Shown here: positions 21,818 to 32,288 of the stretch, piece by piece | Layout of the letters: the number at the start of each line of letters is the position of its first letter | Position numbering within the stretch: the stretch's first letter is position 1 | Source of the DNA: Alphaproteobacteria bacterium | Lineage (GTDB): Bacteria > Pseudomonadota > Alphaproteobacteria > Bin95 | Length of the DNA: 64,000 nt | Reading direction: 5' to 3' | Assembly (NCBI GenBank): GCA_965205265.1 | Contig: CBDBGH010000003.1 | Location: forward strand, 384,001-448,000 | Translations under genes and position numbers: made by a program | Notes under the pieces: model-generated | What the model was told of the DNA's origin: nothing | Seen by the model: only the letters and a program-made list of their open reading frames with translations | Databases searched by the model: none

Positions 21818-22378
21818 ATGGTATCCGACAGCGATATGCTTACAATCCTCCCGGCCAGATCTTGGATGAATGCCCCCCGCTTATATCTCAGGATCGTAGA
21901 AAAGACGGACGACCTTCCAAATCCAGATAAGGAAGACTTGAAGGTCTTTGACAGCTTAATCAACGTCTGGATACTGGAAATCATCCATGATGCGAATATC
22001 GCCGCCAGGATGGACACAATCATAGGAAAAATTATGGATAATCGACCGAGTAAATTGCATAAGAGCAGAGCAAGTACGGCGCGAAATTTGCGAAATCAGA
22101 TGAAAAAATTCGAACGATTGAAACTCATTAAGAGAGTTTCATTGCCGTTATATTTCGATGAGAGGTTACCGGAGCTGGAAGCGGGGGGAAAGGTCAGCAT
22201 TAAGGAGGAATTGGATCGATTGCTGAAAATGGAGGTCGCTAGCAGGCATGACGAAGACCAAGCGGGACCGGTATCGACTCACATCTGCGGGTTAAGACCC
22301 CTCAGAGAGCTGGTCGAGCTTGTCAAACGATATCCAGAACAACGCGATTCAGGTGACCGGGAAGGAGCCGCGATATGA
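21818..22378 (+). CDS. Hypothetical protein (start uncertain)
   Basis: Long ORF with globular composition in an A/T-richer tract; stop overlaps the next ATG (ATGA). Confidence 0.6.
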   Translation: MVSDSDMLTILPARSWMNAPRLYLRIVEKTDDLPNPDKEDLKVFDSLINVWILEIIHDANIAARMDTIIGKIMDNRPSKLHKSRASTARNLRNQMKKFERLKLIKRVSLPLYFDERLPELEAGGKVSIKEELDRLLKMEVASRHDEDQAGPVSTHICGLRPLRELVELVKRYPEQRDSGDREGAAI

Positions 22379-23247
22379 GGGAACTCTTGGGAGCTGCTAA
22401 TAGCCGGAGATTTGGCGCTTTGGCGCTTGTTCTGGTTTCGATGCTATCGTTTGACCGGGGGATAGCGTTGGCGGCGGACTTCCGTATTCCAACCATATCG
22501 CGCGCGACGAGCGGTTTCGTGCCTGGCGCGGATTCTGGAATTTATGTCGGGACGGTGGAACAAGCCGAAGTCGCTGCTGCACCATTGTGGACGCAGTATG
22601 AGGCTGGCGGCTATTTCCGCGACTATTTTAGCTATTTCGGTGACCATTGGAACGACATTCATCGGGCGGATGTGGGTATGGCTGCTGAGGCGGTGTGCTC
22701 AGATTTCGGCAAAGTTGTCGGTTTAAGGGCCGGTAAACTGGTTCCGGTCGGTGGCGCAGACGACAGAGATATTGATCGACTGCTGGACGATTACCGCAAG
22801 AGCGGTCGGGAATCAGAGAGTGATTCTGAGAGGCAAAGACGTTATTTCGAACCGATGTTGCGGGAATTGTTTGAAGAAAAAGGGTTCAAGGTGTCCGGTG
22901 GAGGAGTGAAGGACGGGATGAAGGCAGCAGAAGTGGACGAGTCGTTCGCCAAGGCAATAGTTAAGGAGTGGATAGCCGCGACTAAGGAGTGGGTAGCCGC
23001 CGGAAACGGGTGGAGAATGGCCGCCGGAAACGACGGTCGAGTAGTCCTGATCCCGGCTTGGGGCACCGGGACAAAGTTATTCCCGATCCCGATCCCGACC
23101 CCGGTTTCGGGCATCGGGAAGAAGATGGTGTCCGCGACCAGCGACTTGCCGGGGCAGGGGCTACAGCCTTGCGAAGCCCGGCGCCCTACCGCCATGGGCT
23201 TGGTGACCGCCTTCTCGCCTTCCGCTGCCGCCGCTTCACCCCGTTAG
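22375..23247 (+). CDS. Hypothetical secreted protein
   Basis: AAGGAG RBS and signal-peptide-like N-terminus ending ALA; 3' end uncertain. Confidence 0.6.
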   Translation: MRELLGAANSRRFGALALVLVSMLSFDRGIALAADFRIPTISRATSGFVPGADSGIYVGTVEQAEVAAAPLWTQYEAGGYFRDYFSYFGDHWNDIHRADVGMAAEAVCSDFGKVVGLRAGKLVPVGGADDRDIDRLLDDYRKSGRESESDSERQRRYFEPMLRELFEEKGFKVSGGGVKDGMKAAEVDESFAKAIVKEWIAATKEWVAAGNGWRMAAGNDGRVVLIPAWGTGTKLFPIPIPTPVSGIGKKMVSATSDLPGQGLQPCEARRPTAMGLVTAFSPSAAAASPR

Positions 23248-23910
23248 CGCCGCCAGCCAGTCCTCCAGGCTTTCGGCGGTATGGTGGACGGCGGCGGGGT
23301 CGAGGCCGCGGGCGCCCTGGGGGCGCTCGGTGCGCAGCCATAACGTCGTCATGCCCGAGGCGGCGGCGGGGATGAGGTTGCGGGCCATATCCTCCACCAT
23401 CACGGCGCGGCGGGGATCGACCGCGTGGCGGGCGAGCAGGCGCCGGTAGCCTTCCGGGTCCGGCTTGGGCAGGAGTCCGGCGGCTTCGACATCGAACACC
23501 GCCTCGAAATGCGCGCTGAGGCCGAGCCGGTCCAGCACGCGCTCGGCATGGGCGGTGGTTGCATTGGTGTGGATGAGGCGCCGGCCCGGCAGCCCGGCGA
23601 TCAGCCGTTGCAGGCGCGGGGAAGGGCGAAGCGAGGACAGATCGAGGCGGTGGGTTTCCTCGAGGTAGTCATGGGGGTCCACGCCGCATTCCGCGATCAC
23701 GCCGCCGAGGGTCATTCCGTAGCGGCTGTGCCACACGCTGCGGAGCCGGTCCGATTCGTCCGCCGGGACGTCGAGACGGCGTTGGATGAAGGCGGAGATC
23801 GCCGCTTCCATCTGCTCCGGGATATCGCATTCCGACGGGCTGTAGAGCGTGTTGTCGAGGTCGAAAATCCAGCAGTCCACGCGGCCGGGATCGGGGAGCG
23901 GGTGGTTCAT
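23236..23910 (-). CDS. Pyrimidine 5'-nucleotidase (HAD family)
   Basis: [26 protein letters not shown]. Confidence 0.9.
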   Translation of the reverse strand: MNHPLPDPGRVDCWIFDLDNTLYSPSECDIPEQMEAAISAFIQRRLDVPADESDRLRSVWHSRYGMTLGGVIAECGVDPHDYLEETHRLDLSSLRPSPRLQRLIAGLPGRRLIHTNATTAHAERVLDRLGLSAHFEAVFDVEAAGLLPKPDPEGYRRLLARHAVDPRRAVMVEDMARNLIPAAASGMTTLWLRTERPQGARGLDPAAVHHTAESLEDWLAALTG

Positions 23911-24827
23911 TGCCGCCGGATCAGCGTGCCTGCGCCCGAATGCGTCAGGATTTCCAGCAGCACGGCATGGTCCATCCGGCCGTCCAGGATCGCCGCCGCC
24001 TCGACCCCGCCCTGGACGGCGTCGAGGCAGGTCTCCACCTTGGGGATCATGCCGCCCTTGATCGCGCCGTCGGCGATCATCCGCCGGGCGCGGTCGCGGT
24101 CGATTTCGGGAATGAGCCGGCCTTCCTCGTCGAGCACGCCCGCCACGTCGGTCAGCAGCAGGAAGCGGCGCGCCTTGCAGGCGGCGGCGATGGCGCCTGC
24201 GGCCGTGTCCGCATTGATGTTGTAGGTCTCGCCGTCCTCGCCGAGGCCGATGGGCGCGACCACCGGGATGAAACCCGCCTGCGCGAGCGCGTCGAGCACG
24301 CCCGTATCGACGCCGGAGGGCTCGCCGACGAAGCCGAGGTCGAGCGCCTTCTCGATGTTCGACTCCGGGTCGCGGCGCATGCGCTGCAGGCGTTTCGCGG
24401 TCAACAGCCCCGCATCCTTGCCGGAGAGGCCGACGGCGCGTCCGCCGGCCGCGCCGATGGCGGCGGCGACCGCCTTGTTGATGCGGCCCGCCAGCACCAT
24501 CTCGACGATCTCGACCGTCTCCGCGGTCGTCACCCGGAGCCCGTCCACGAAGTCGCTGCCGATGCCGAGGCGCTCCAGCATGCCCCCGATCTGCGGACCG
24601 CCGCCATGCACCACCACGGGGTGGATGCCGATCTGCTTCATCAGCACCACATCGCGCGCAAAGCCGGCAAGCGCATCGGCGTCGCCCATCGCATGGCCGC
24701 CATATTTGACGACGACGGTGGCGCCGGCATAGCGCGCGATATGCGGCACGGCCTCGGAGAGCACGGCGGCTTTCGCAATGCCCTCGGCGAGCGGGCCTGC
24801 AAGGGGGCCGGCGGCGGTCTCGGTCAT
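23907..24827 (-). CDS. argB: Acetylglutamate kinase
   Basis: [31 protein letters not shown]. Confidence 0.97.
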   Translation of the reverse strand: MTETAAGPLAGPLAEGIAKAAVLSEAVPHIARYAGATVVVKYGGHAMGDADALAGFARDVVLMKQIGIHPVVVHGGGPQIGGMLERLGIGSDFVDGLRVTTAETVEIVEMVLAGRINKAVAAAIGAAGGRAVGLSGKDAGLLTAKRLQRMRRDPESNIEKALDLGFVGEPSGVDTGVLDALAQAGFIPVVAPIGLGEDGETYNINADTAAGAIAAACKARRFLLLTDVAGVLDEEGRLIPEIDRDRARRMIADGAIKGGMIPKVETCLDAVQGGVEAAAILDGRMDHAVLLEILTHSGAGTLIRRQ

Positions 24828-25480
24828 GGGCCAGGCTCCTCTGCAAGGGCGGCGAGTTCGGCGCGGAGCCGGGGGACGCCGTCGCCGGCGCGGGCGCTGG
24901 TGGCGATGACGGCGGGATGCGCGGCGGCCCGGCGGGCGATGCTGTCCTCGACTTCGCCAACCGCCCGCGCGCGCGCCGGGGGGCTGAGCTTGTCTATCTT
25001 GGTCAGCACCACCTGATAGACAACCGCCGCGCGGTCGAGCAGCTCCATCAGCTCGTGGTCGCTCGCCTTCAGGCCGTGCCGCGCATCGACCAAGAGGCAG
25101 AGCCGGCGGAGCGTCGCCCGTCCGGCGAGATAGTCGCGGGTAAGCGCCGTCCAGGCCGCCGCCTTCGTCTTCGACACCTTCGCATAGCCGTAGCCCGGCA
25201 GATCGACGAGGCCGAGCCGGCCGGCGAGGTCGAAGAAGATCAGCGCCTGGGTGCGGCCCGGCGTGTTGGAGGTGCGCGCCAGGCTCCGGCGGCCGGTAAG
25301 CGCGTTCACGAGGCTCGACTTGCCGACATTGGAGCGTCCGGCGAACGCGACTTCGGGCAGTCCGGCCGGGGGCAGCCGGCCGGCTTCGGCCGCGGCGGCC
25401 ACGAAGCGGCAGTCTCCGGCGAAGAGCCGCCGGCCGCGCTCCAGTTCCAGGGTGTCTTGCAACGGGCCGGGCTGGCACAC
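24824..25480 (-). CDS. engB: Ribosome biogenesis GTPase YihA/EngB (start approximate)
   Basis: [23 protein letters not shown]. Confidence 0.95.
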   Translation of the reverse strand: MCQPGPLQDTLELERGRRLFAGDCRFVAAAAEAGRLPPAGLPEVAFAGRSNVGKSSLVNALTGRRSLARTSNTPGRTQALIFFDLAGRLGLVDLPGYGYAKVSKTKAAAWTALTRDYLAGRATLRRLCLLVDARHGLKASDHELMELLDRAAVVYQVVLTKIDKLSPPARARAVGEVEDSIARRAAAHPAVIATSARAGDGVPRLRAELAALAEEPGP

Positions 25481-25496
25481 GGGTTCCTGGACCTCA

Positions 25497-25738
25497 ATAT
25501 CCGTTTGAGAATTGGCGTCCGGGCGTATCGAGACAGGACCGGAGGCGTTGCCCCGACCTCTTCTCGTCATGCCCGGACTTGTTCCGGGCATCCATACGGC
25601 CGGCCGGCCGAAGCGGTGGAGAGAGATGCCCGGAACAAGTCCGGGCATGACGGAGGAGCCTGTCCTGAGCCTGTCGAAGGGGGGCGTTCGGACATAGCGG
25701 AACGGGGCCTTGCATGGACGCTGTTCTCAAACGGTCTC
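25497..25738. mobile_element. MITE copy (inverted relative to 17455) with REP doublet and TCA target duplication
   Basis: TCA|ATATCCGTTTGAGAAT...TTCTCAAACGGTCTC|TCA. Confidence 0.82.
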
Positions 25739-27487
25739 TCAGGTCTTTCCGGCCGCCGTGCGGGTCACGCCGTGACGGCGCATGATGACCCATTGCTGCG
25801 CCATGGAGAGGAGGTTGTTCCAGGTCCAGTAGATCACCAGGCCGGCCGGGAAGGTCGCCAGCAGGAAGGTGAAGACCAGCGGCATGAACTGGAAGATCTT
25901 GGCCTGGATGGGGTCGGCGGGCGTCGGGTTGAGCCGCATCTGCGCCCACATCGAAAGTCCCATCAGGATCGGCCAGATGCCGAGATGCAGGAAGGAGGGC
26001 GGCCCCCAGTCCACCAACCCGAACAGCGTGAACAGGTTTGTCGGATCGACCGCCGACAGGTCCTCGATCCAGCCGTAGAACGGCGCGTGGCGCATCTCGA
26101 TCGCCACGAACAGCACCTTGTAGAGCGCGAAGAAGACCGGGATCTGGATCAGGATCGGCAGGCAGCCGGCGGCCGGATTGACCTTCTCGCGCTTGTAGAG
26201 GGCCATCATCTCCTGATTGAGCTTCTGCCGGTCGTCGCCGAGGCGCTCGCGCAGCTTCACCATTTCCGGCTGCAGCGCCTTCATCTGGCTCATCGAGCGG
26301 TAGGACTTGTTGGCGAGCGGGAAGAAGACCAGCTTGACCGCGACCGTGAGCGCCAGGATCGCCAGGCCGAAATTGCCGAGCACGCCCTGGAGCCAGGAAA
26401 GCGCATAGAAGAACGGCTTGGTGAGGAAGTAGAACCAGCCGAAATCGATGGCGAGGTCGAACTTCGCGAAATTGAGGTCGTCGCGGTAGCGGTCCAGCAG
26501 ATGGGCCTTCTTGGCGCCCGCGAACACATGGTTGCGCACCGCGACGCGCCCGCCGGGCGGCACGGTGACGGCGGTGCGCAGATAGTCGGTCTGGTATTTG
26601 TCGAGGCCCTGTTCGAGCCTGTGCAGGAAGCGCGCCGTGAACGCTTCGCCCGGTTCCGGGATGAGGGCCGTCAGCCAGTATTTGTCGGTGATGCCGAGCC
26701 AGCCCTGCGTGTTCTCGACCTTGATCTCGCCGTCGTCGGCGAGGTCGTCATAGTCGTGCTCCTGCAACCCCTCGCCGAGAACCCCGAGCGGCCCTTCATG
26801 CAGGATGAAGAAACCCGAGGTCTCCGGCGTGCCGGAGCGCGAGACGAGGCCGTAGGGATAGAGCGTCACCGGCGAGGCGGTGTCGTTGGCAACGGATTGC
26901 TCGACCGTCAGCAGGAAGTCGTCCGCAAGTTCGACGGTCCGGGCGAAGCGCAGGCCCGCGCCATTGTCCCAGGACAGCTTGAGCGGCCGTTCCCGGCTCA
27001 GCTGGCGGTTGTTGGTGGCCCAGAGCGTGTCGCCGGCCGGCACCGGCGTCGTCCCGTCGGCCGCGACCCAGCCGAGCTCGGCGTAGAAGGCCCCGCGCGT
27101 GCCGGGCGGGGACAAGAGGGTGATAAGCGGACTGTCGGGATCGGGCGTCTGCCGGTAGTCCTTGAGCGTGATGCTGTCTATGCGCGCCCCGGCGAGCGGG
27201 ATCGAGCCGGAGACGCGGCCGTCTTCAATCGGGATGCGGGGCGCCTGCCCCTCGGTCGCGGGCTGCCGGGCGGCGGGCTGCGTTCCCGGAACGACGCCGG
27301 ACGGGGCGGGCAGTCCTCCGGGCGTGGGGATGGCGCCCCTCTCCGCGCCGGGCGCGGGCGGCGCACCAGGCGCGCTTGTCTCCTCCGCCGGTGGCGGCGG
27401 CTCCGGCGGCGGCATCATCATCTGGAACACCAGCAGGATGCCGATCGAGATGACGATCGCGAGGAGGAGGTTGCGGTTGTCGAGCAC
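25739..27487 (-). CDS. yidC: Membrane protein insertase
   Basis: AIDFGWFYFL, GNFGLAI, GCLPILIQIPVFF, GLVIYWTWNN. Confidence 0.98.
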   Translation of the reverse strand: MLDNRNLLLAIVISIGILLVFQMMMPPPEPPPPAEETSAPGAPPAPGAERGAIPTPGGLPAPSGVVPGTQPAARQPATEGQAPRIPIEDGRVSGSIPLAGARIDSITLKDYRQTPDPDSPLITLLSPPGTRGAFYAELGWVAADGTTPVPAGDTLWATNNRQLSRERPLKLSWDNGAGLRFARTVELADDFLLTVEQSVANDTASPVTLYPYGLVSRSGTPETSGFFILHEGPLGVLGEGLQEHDYDDLADDGEIKVENTQGWLGITDKYWLTALIPEPGEAFTARFLHRLEQGLDKYQTDYLRTAVTVPPGGRVAVRNHVFAGAKKAHLLDRYRDDLNFAKFDLAIDFGWFYFLTKPFFYALSWLQGVLGNFGLAILALTVAVKLVFFPLANKSYRSMSQMKALQPEMVKLRERLGDDRQKLNQEMMALYKREKVNPAAGCLPILIQIPVFFALYKVLFVAIEMRHAPFYGWIEDLSAVDPTNLFTLFGLVDWGPPSFLHLGIWPILMGLSMWAQMRLNPTPADPIQAKIFQFMPLVFTFLLATFPAGLVIYWTWNNLLSMAQQWVIMRRHGVTRTAAGKT

Positions 27488-27504
27488 GGGGCGGAAGCGT
27501 CCGT

Positions 27505-27738
27505 TCAGCGGCGGTGAGCGCCGTGTTCCGGCGGCACCGGGTCATAGCCCGAACCGCCCCAGGGATGGCAGCGGGCGAGGCGTTTCGCCGCAAGCCAGCT
27601 GCCGCGCAGCACGCCGTGCGAATCGATGGCCTCCAGCGCAAAGGCGGAGCATGTGGGCCTGTAGCGGCAATTCGCCGGCAGCCAGGGCGAGATCAGCCAG
27701 CGATAGGCGTAGATCGGCGCTTTGAGCAGCAGCCTCAT
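27505..27738 (-). CDS. yidD: Membrane protein insertion efficiency factor
   Basis: [30 protein letters not shown]. Confidence 0.96.
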   Translation of the reverse strand: MRLLLKAPIYAYRWLISPWLPANCRYRPTCSAFALEAIDSHGVLRGSWLAAKRLARCHPWGGSGYDPVPPEHGAHRR

Positions 27739-28067
27739 CGCCGTTCGACCCGGTCGGCGGCGGCCCGGAGGTCGCCGGTCAGCGCCTCCCAGTCCCGAGT
27801 GAGCGCGGCGCGGCGGCCGATCACGACATAGTCCCTGCCGGGCCGGGGCTCCAGCGAGTCGCGCACGGCAGCGCGCAGGCGGCGGCGCACCCGGTTGCGT
27901 TCGACGGCGTTTCCGACCTTTTTCGACACGGTGTAGCCCACCTGCATGGGGCCGTCGTCGCCGCGCTCGCGCATCTGCAGCACGAGCCCGGCCGCGGCCC
28001 AGCGGCGGCCGGCCGCACGGACACGGAGGAAGTCGGCGCGTTTCCTGAGCGTCCGGGGGGTGTCCAT
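27735..28067 (-). CDS. rnpA: Ribonuclease P protein component
   Basis: [22 protein letters not shown]. Confidence 0.96.
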   Translation of the reverse strand: MDTPRTLRKRADFLRVRAAGRRWAAAGLVLQMRERGDDGPMQVGYTVSKKVGNAVERNRVRRRLRAAVRDSLEPRPGRDYVVIGRRAALTRDWEALTGDLRAAADRVERR

Positions 28068-28087
28068 GCGGGTCGGCGGAGCCGGGC

Positions 28088-28222
28088 TCAGGCCGAGAGG
28101 ACCTTGCGCCCCTTGGCGCGCCGCCGTTTCAGCACGCGGCGGCCGCCTACGGTCGCCTTGCGGGCGCGAAAGCCGTGGCGCCGCTTGCGCACGAGGCGGC
28201 TCGGCTGGAAAGTGCGTTTCAC
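28088..28222 (-). CDS. rpmH: 50S ribosomal protein L34 (absent from ORF track)
   Basis: Manual translation from GTG: [44 protein letters not shown]. Confidence 0.97.
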   Translation of the reverse strand: MKRTFQPSRLVRKRRHGFRARKATVGGRRVLKRRRAKGRKVLSA

Positions 28223-28349
28223 GGAAAATGAGCTCCATCGCGGAGGATATTACGGCCGCCGGCCGCATCCAGATGGCCGGATAATGGAGATACCCCGCTC
28301 GGCTGTCAACGCTATGATGACGGGACGCGGACGATGCGGAGATGTGTGG

Positions 28350-29081
28350 ATGGCCGCTACCGGACGGCGCTCGCTCGGCGGCGCGGCGAAACGCCTTTCG
28401 ATCCTGGCGGTGCTGGCGGCCGGCCTCGCCGCCTTCTTCGCCGCCGGGCTCCATGAGCAGTTGAGCTTCGAGGCGCTCAGGGACAACCGGGAGATGCTGA
28501 CCTCCTGGGTCGAGGCGAACCTTTTGCTCGCGCTGCTCGCCTATCTGGCGGGCTATGCCGTCGTCATTGCCTTCTCGCTGCCGGTGGGCGCGGTCGCGAC
28601 CATTTCCGGCGGGTTCTTCTTCGGGCTGTGGTTCGGCACCGCGGCGACGGTCATCGGCGCCACGCTCGGCGCGACGGCCCTGTTCGTCGCGGCGCAGACC
28701 GTGCTCGGGGACCGCCTGCGCGCGCGCGTCGGGGCGGCGCTCGAACGCATGGACAGCGGTTTCCGGGAAAACGCCTTCAACTACCTGCTGGTGCTGAGGC
28801 TGGTGCCGCTGTTCCCGTTCTTCCTCGTGAACATTGCGCCGGCCTTCGCCAATGTGCGGCTTGCGACCTATGTCAGCGCCACCTTCATCGGCATCGTCCC
28901 CGGCACCTTCGTCTATACGAGCGTCGGCAACGGGCTGGGCGCGGTCTTCGACAGCGGCGGCGAGCCGGACCTCGGGCTCATCCTCGAGCCGGAAATCCTG
29001 CTGCCGATCCTGGGGCTGTCCGTGCTGGCACTGGTGCCGGTGATCTACAGGCGTTTCCGGCGCGCCCCGCCGCCGGCATGA
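28350..29081 (+). CDS. TVP38/TMEM64 (DedA-like) membrane protein
   Basis: GATLGAT, LRLVPLFPFFLVN, GIVPGTFVY. Confidence 0.92.
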   Translation: MAATGRRSLGGAAKRLSILAVLAAGLAAFFAAGLHEQLSFEALRDNREMLTSWVEANLLLALLAYLAGYAVVIAFSLPVGAVATISGGFFFGLWFGTAATVIGATLGATALFVAAQTVLGDRLRARVGAALERMDSGFRENAFNYLLVLRLVPLFPFFLVNIAPAFANVRLATYVSATFIGIVPGTFVYTSVGNGLGAVFDSGGEPDLGLILEPEILLPILGLSVLALVPVIYRRFRRAPPPA

Positions 29082-30457
29082 TGCGGCTGCCGCGCTCCTT
29101 TCGTTCGCTGTCGGCGCGCCTGCTGGTGCTCACCGTGTTTTTCGTCATGCTGGCGGAACTGCTGATCTACGCGCCGTCCATCGCGCGCTTCCGCACGGTG
29201 TATCTGGCGGACCGGCTGGCAGACGCCCATATCGCCGCGCTCGCGCTCGAGGCGGCGCCGGCCAGGGCCGTCGGCGAGGCGCTGGAAATGCGCCTGCTGC
29301 GCCAGGTGTCGGCCTACAGCGTCGAACTCAGGGTGGGCGACCACACGACCTACATGCTCGGCGGCAGCATGCCGCCCGAAGTGGATGCCGTCTTCGACCT
29401 CGACGAGACCATGGCGGTGTCTTCGGTATGGGACGCCGCGTCCACGCTCGCCCAGACAGGGAACCGGGTGCTGCAGGTCAGCGGCGCCTCTTCCCGCGAG
29501 CCGGGCGCGCGGGTCGAGATCACGATGGACGAATGGCCGATGCGCGAGGCGATGATCGCCTATTCCGAGCGCATCCTGCTGCTCTCGCTGGTGATCTCGG
29601 CCTTGACGGCGGCGGCGGTCTTCCTGGCGCTGCACTGGCTCATGGTCCGCCCGATGGGCCGGTTGACGGAGGCGATGGTGCGCTTCGGCGCCGACCCGGA
29701 AGACCAGAGCCGCATTCACGGGCCCTCGGAGCGCAGCGACGAGATCGGCACGGCCGAGCGCCAGCTTGCCGGGATGCAGCGCCGCCTGCACGCGGCGCTC
29801 AGCCACCGCGCGCATCTGGCGGCGGTGGGCGAGGGCGTGGCGAAGATCAACCACGACCTGCGCAACATGCTGGCCTCGGCCCAGCTCGTCTCCGACAGCC
29901 TCGGCGAGAGCCGCGACCCGCGCGTGCGCAAGGCGGTGCCGACCCTGGTGGGGGCGCTCGACCGGGCGGTCGGCCTCTGCACGCGGGTAGTGGATTTCGC
30001 GCGCGCCGGCGGCCCCCGGCTTACCCTGGAGGCCGTGCCGCTGGCCGAGGTGATGGACGATGCGGCGGGCGTCGCGGGCAAGGGCGTGTCGTGGACCAAC
30101 GGCATTGAGCCGGGGATAGCGGTGGAAGGCGACCGCGAGCAGTTGTTCCGCGTCTTCGCCAATCTCGCCCGCAATGCGGCGGAGGCCGGCGCCGGGACGG
30201 TTTCGGCGACGGCGAGAATGCGCGACGGGCGCGTGCATGTGACGGTTGCGGATGACGGCCCCGGCCTGCCGGAGCGGGCGCGCGAGAACCTGTTCCGGCC
30301 CTTCCAGGGCTCGACCCGGCCGGACGGCTCCGGCCTCGGCCTTGCGATCGCGCGCGAGATCATGCGCGCTCACGGCGGGTCCATACGGTTGATTTCCTCC
30401 GGCGGCGAGGGAACTGTCTTCCGGCTCGATTTCGCAATGTGCAGGGAGCGGCGATGA
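29078..30457 (+). CDS. HAMP sensor histidine kinase
   Basis: Two TM segments, INHDLRNML H-box, NLARNA, DDGPG, GSGLGLAI. Confidence 0.93.
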   Translation: MMRLPRSFRSLSARLLVLTVFFVMLAELLIYAPSIARFRTVYLADRLADAHIAALALEAAPARAVGEALEMRLLRQVSAYSVELRVGDHTTYMLGGSMPPEVDAVFDLDETMAVSSVWDAASTLAQTGNRVLQVSGASSREPGARVEITMDEWPMREAMIAYSERILLLSLVISALTAAAVFLALHWLMVRPMGRLTEAMVRFGADPEDQSRIHGPSERSDEIGTAERQLAGMQRRLHAALSHRAHLAAVGEGVAKINHDLRNMLASAQLVSDSLGESRDPRVRKAVPTLVGALDRAVGLCTRVVDFARAGGPRLTLEAVPLAEVMDDAAGVAGKGVSWTNGIEPGIAVEGDREQLFRVFANLARNAAEAGAGTVSATARMRDGRVHVTVADDGPGLPERARENLFRPFQGSTRPDGSGLGLAIAREIMRAHGGSIRLISSGGEGTVFRLDFAMCRERR

Positions 30458-31245
30458 GCACGAGAGGGGGCGGGGCCTGGAACCCCGGGCAATATCTGCG
30501 CTTCGGCGGACACCGCCTGCGGCCGGCGCTGGAGCTGTTCCAGCGGGTCGAGCACGACAATGTCCGCACCGCCGTCGACATGGGCTGCGGGACCGGCGAT
30601 ATCGCCCGCGCGATGGCGGCGCGCTGGCCGGAAGCGGAGGTGCGCGGGCACGACCTGTCGGACGCGATGCTGGAGTCGGCGGCGGCTGCGGACCCGGATG
30701 CCCGCATTGCCTGGTCGAGGGCCGATCTCCGCGACTGGCGGCCCGACCGGCCGGTGGACGTGCTCTACGCCAACGCCGTTTACCAGTGGGCGGACGACCA
30801 CGGGACGCTCTTTCCGCGCCTGCTGGGCGCGCTGGCGCCGGGGGGCGTGTTCGCGGCGCAGATGCCGATGAGCTGGTCGGAGCCGAGCCATGAGGGGATG
30901 CGCGCGGTCCTCGACGAACACGGCTTCGGCACGCCGGAATTGCGGACGCGGCTGGCGCGCAAATGGGTGGCGGAGGCGGAGGAGTATTACGGCCTGTTCC
31001 GGCCTCTGGTCTCGGAACTGGATATCTGGGAGACGCGCTACATCCAGGTGCTGGAGGGCGAGGACCCGGTGCTGGAATGGGTCAAGGGCACGGGGCTCCG
31101 CCCGGTCCTGGAAGCGCTGGAAGGCGAGGAGAAGGAGCGCTTCCTCGCCCTCTACGCAGCCCGCCTGCGCGAACTCTATCCGAGACGCGAGGGCGGCGAG
31201 ACCCTCTACCCCTTCCCCCGCCTGTTCATCGTGGCCCGGCTGTAG
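30454..31245 (+). CDS. tam: Trans-aconitate 2-methyltransferase-like
   Basis: WNPGQYLRF, DMGCGTG, WVKGTGLRP, FPRLFIVA. Confidence 0.85.
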   Translation: MSTRGGGAWNPGQYLRFGGHRLRPALELFQRVEHDNVRTAVDMGCGTGDIARAMAARWPEAEVRGHDLSDAMLESAAAADPDARIAWSRADLRDWRPDRPVDVLYANAVYQWADDHGTLFPRLLGALAPGGVFAAQMPMSWSEPSHEGMRAVLDEHGFGTPELRTRLARKWVAEAEEYYGLFRPLVSELDIWETRYIQVLEGEDPVLEWVKGTGLRPVLEALEGEEKERFLALYAARLRELYPRREGGETLYPFPRLFIVARL

Positions 31246-32125
31246 GGAATAGCGTTTCGATGACCGCGGTGTAGTAGTTCCGGGCGAAGCCGGCGTCGCG
31301 GGTGCGCTCCATGAGGTCGCGGGTGACATGGGCGGCGCGCATCTCCATCCCGGTGCCCTCGGCGAAATCGAGGGCGTAGGAGAGGTCCTTCAGGATGTAG
31401 TCGGTCGGGAAGGCGCCCTCGGTCGGGTGCTCGCCCGTCAGCAGGCATTTCATGCCGTGATTGCGCAGCACGAAGCTGTCGGCGGAGCTGCGCGCCAGCG
31501 TTTCGAACAGCACCTTGCCGTCCACCGCGCCGGAGGCCCGCGCCGCCGACAGCGCCTCCGCAAGCGCCACCACCGTCATCGCGACGACCATGTTGTTCAG
31601 CAGCTTCACTGCCTGGCCTGCCCCCGCGCCGCCGCAATGGGTGGTCTCGGCGGCCATGCAGTCCAGCAGCGGGCGGATGCGCGCGAAGGTCTCCGCGCTG
31701 CCGCCCACCATGATCGAGAGCGTGCCGTCGATGGCGGCCTGCGCCGTGCGGGCGACGGGCGCATCGGCAAAGACCGCGCCGCGCCCGGCGCAGGCTTGCG
31801 CCAGTTCGCGGGCGAGATCGGGCGGGGCGGTCGAGCAGTCCACCAGCGCCTGTCCCGGCCCCATCGCCGCGACCAGCCCGCCATCGCCCAGGCAGACGCT
31901 GCGCAGCTGCGGTTCGCCCGGCAGCGACAGCAGCACCGTGCCGGCGCGGCGCGCGATCTCCTCCGGCTCAGCGGCTTCCGCGCCTTCGGCCGCAAGCCGC
32001 GCCGCCGGCTCCGGCCGCACGTCGTGGCAGAGCACCCGCCGGCCGGACTTCCTGAGAACGTTCCGGCACATCGGCTCGCCCATGACGCCGAGCCCGATGA
32101 ATCCGACCGTGTTGTCGTCCGCCAT
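31226..32125 (-). CDS. 3-hydroxyisobutyrate dehydrogenase / tartronate semialdehyde reductase family
   Basis: GFIGLGVMG, DAPV, LSIMVGG, KLLNN. Confidence 0.9.
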   Translation of the reverse strand: MADDNTVGFIGLGVMGEPMCRNVLRKSGRRVLCHDVRPEPAARLAAEGAEAAEPEEIARRAGTVLLSLPGEPQLRSVCLGDGGLVAAMGPGQALVDCSTAPPDLARELAQACAGRGAVFADAPVARTAQAAIDGTLSIMVGGSAETFARIRPLLDCMAAETTHCGGAGAGQAVKLLNNMVVAMTVVALAEALSAARASGAVDGKVLFETLARSSADSFVLRNHGMKCLLTGEHPTEGAFPTDYILKDLSYALDFAEGTGMEMRAAHVTRDLMERTRDAGFARNYYTAVIETLFPTAGPR

Positions 32126-32288
32126 GACCCGTATCCCGCAGTTGTGAAATGGCCCGCTCGGACGAAAGCCTAGCATCCGGCTCCCTTCGCTGCGGCAATG
32201 TTTTCTGCGGCGGCGATGCGCGGGCTTTCCTTGCGGGCGGGGTCTGTGCAAGACTGCGCCGCCGGTCTTAACGGAAACGGGAGAACCT

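Noticed and set aside
24824-25648. N-terminal extension of EngB (MPGLVPG...) and a similar one on ThiD
   Set aside because: The extensions are translations of MITE/REP sequence; there is no evidence they are used.
29078-30457. Orphan histidine kinase divergent from rpmH
   Set aside because: This arrangement is common in Alphaproteobacteria.
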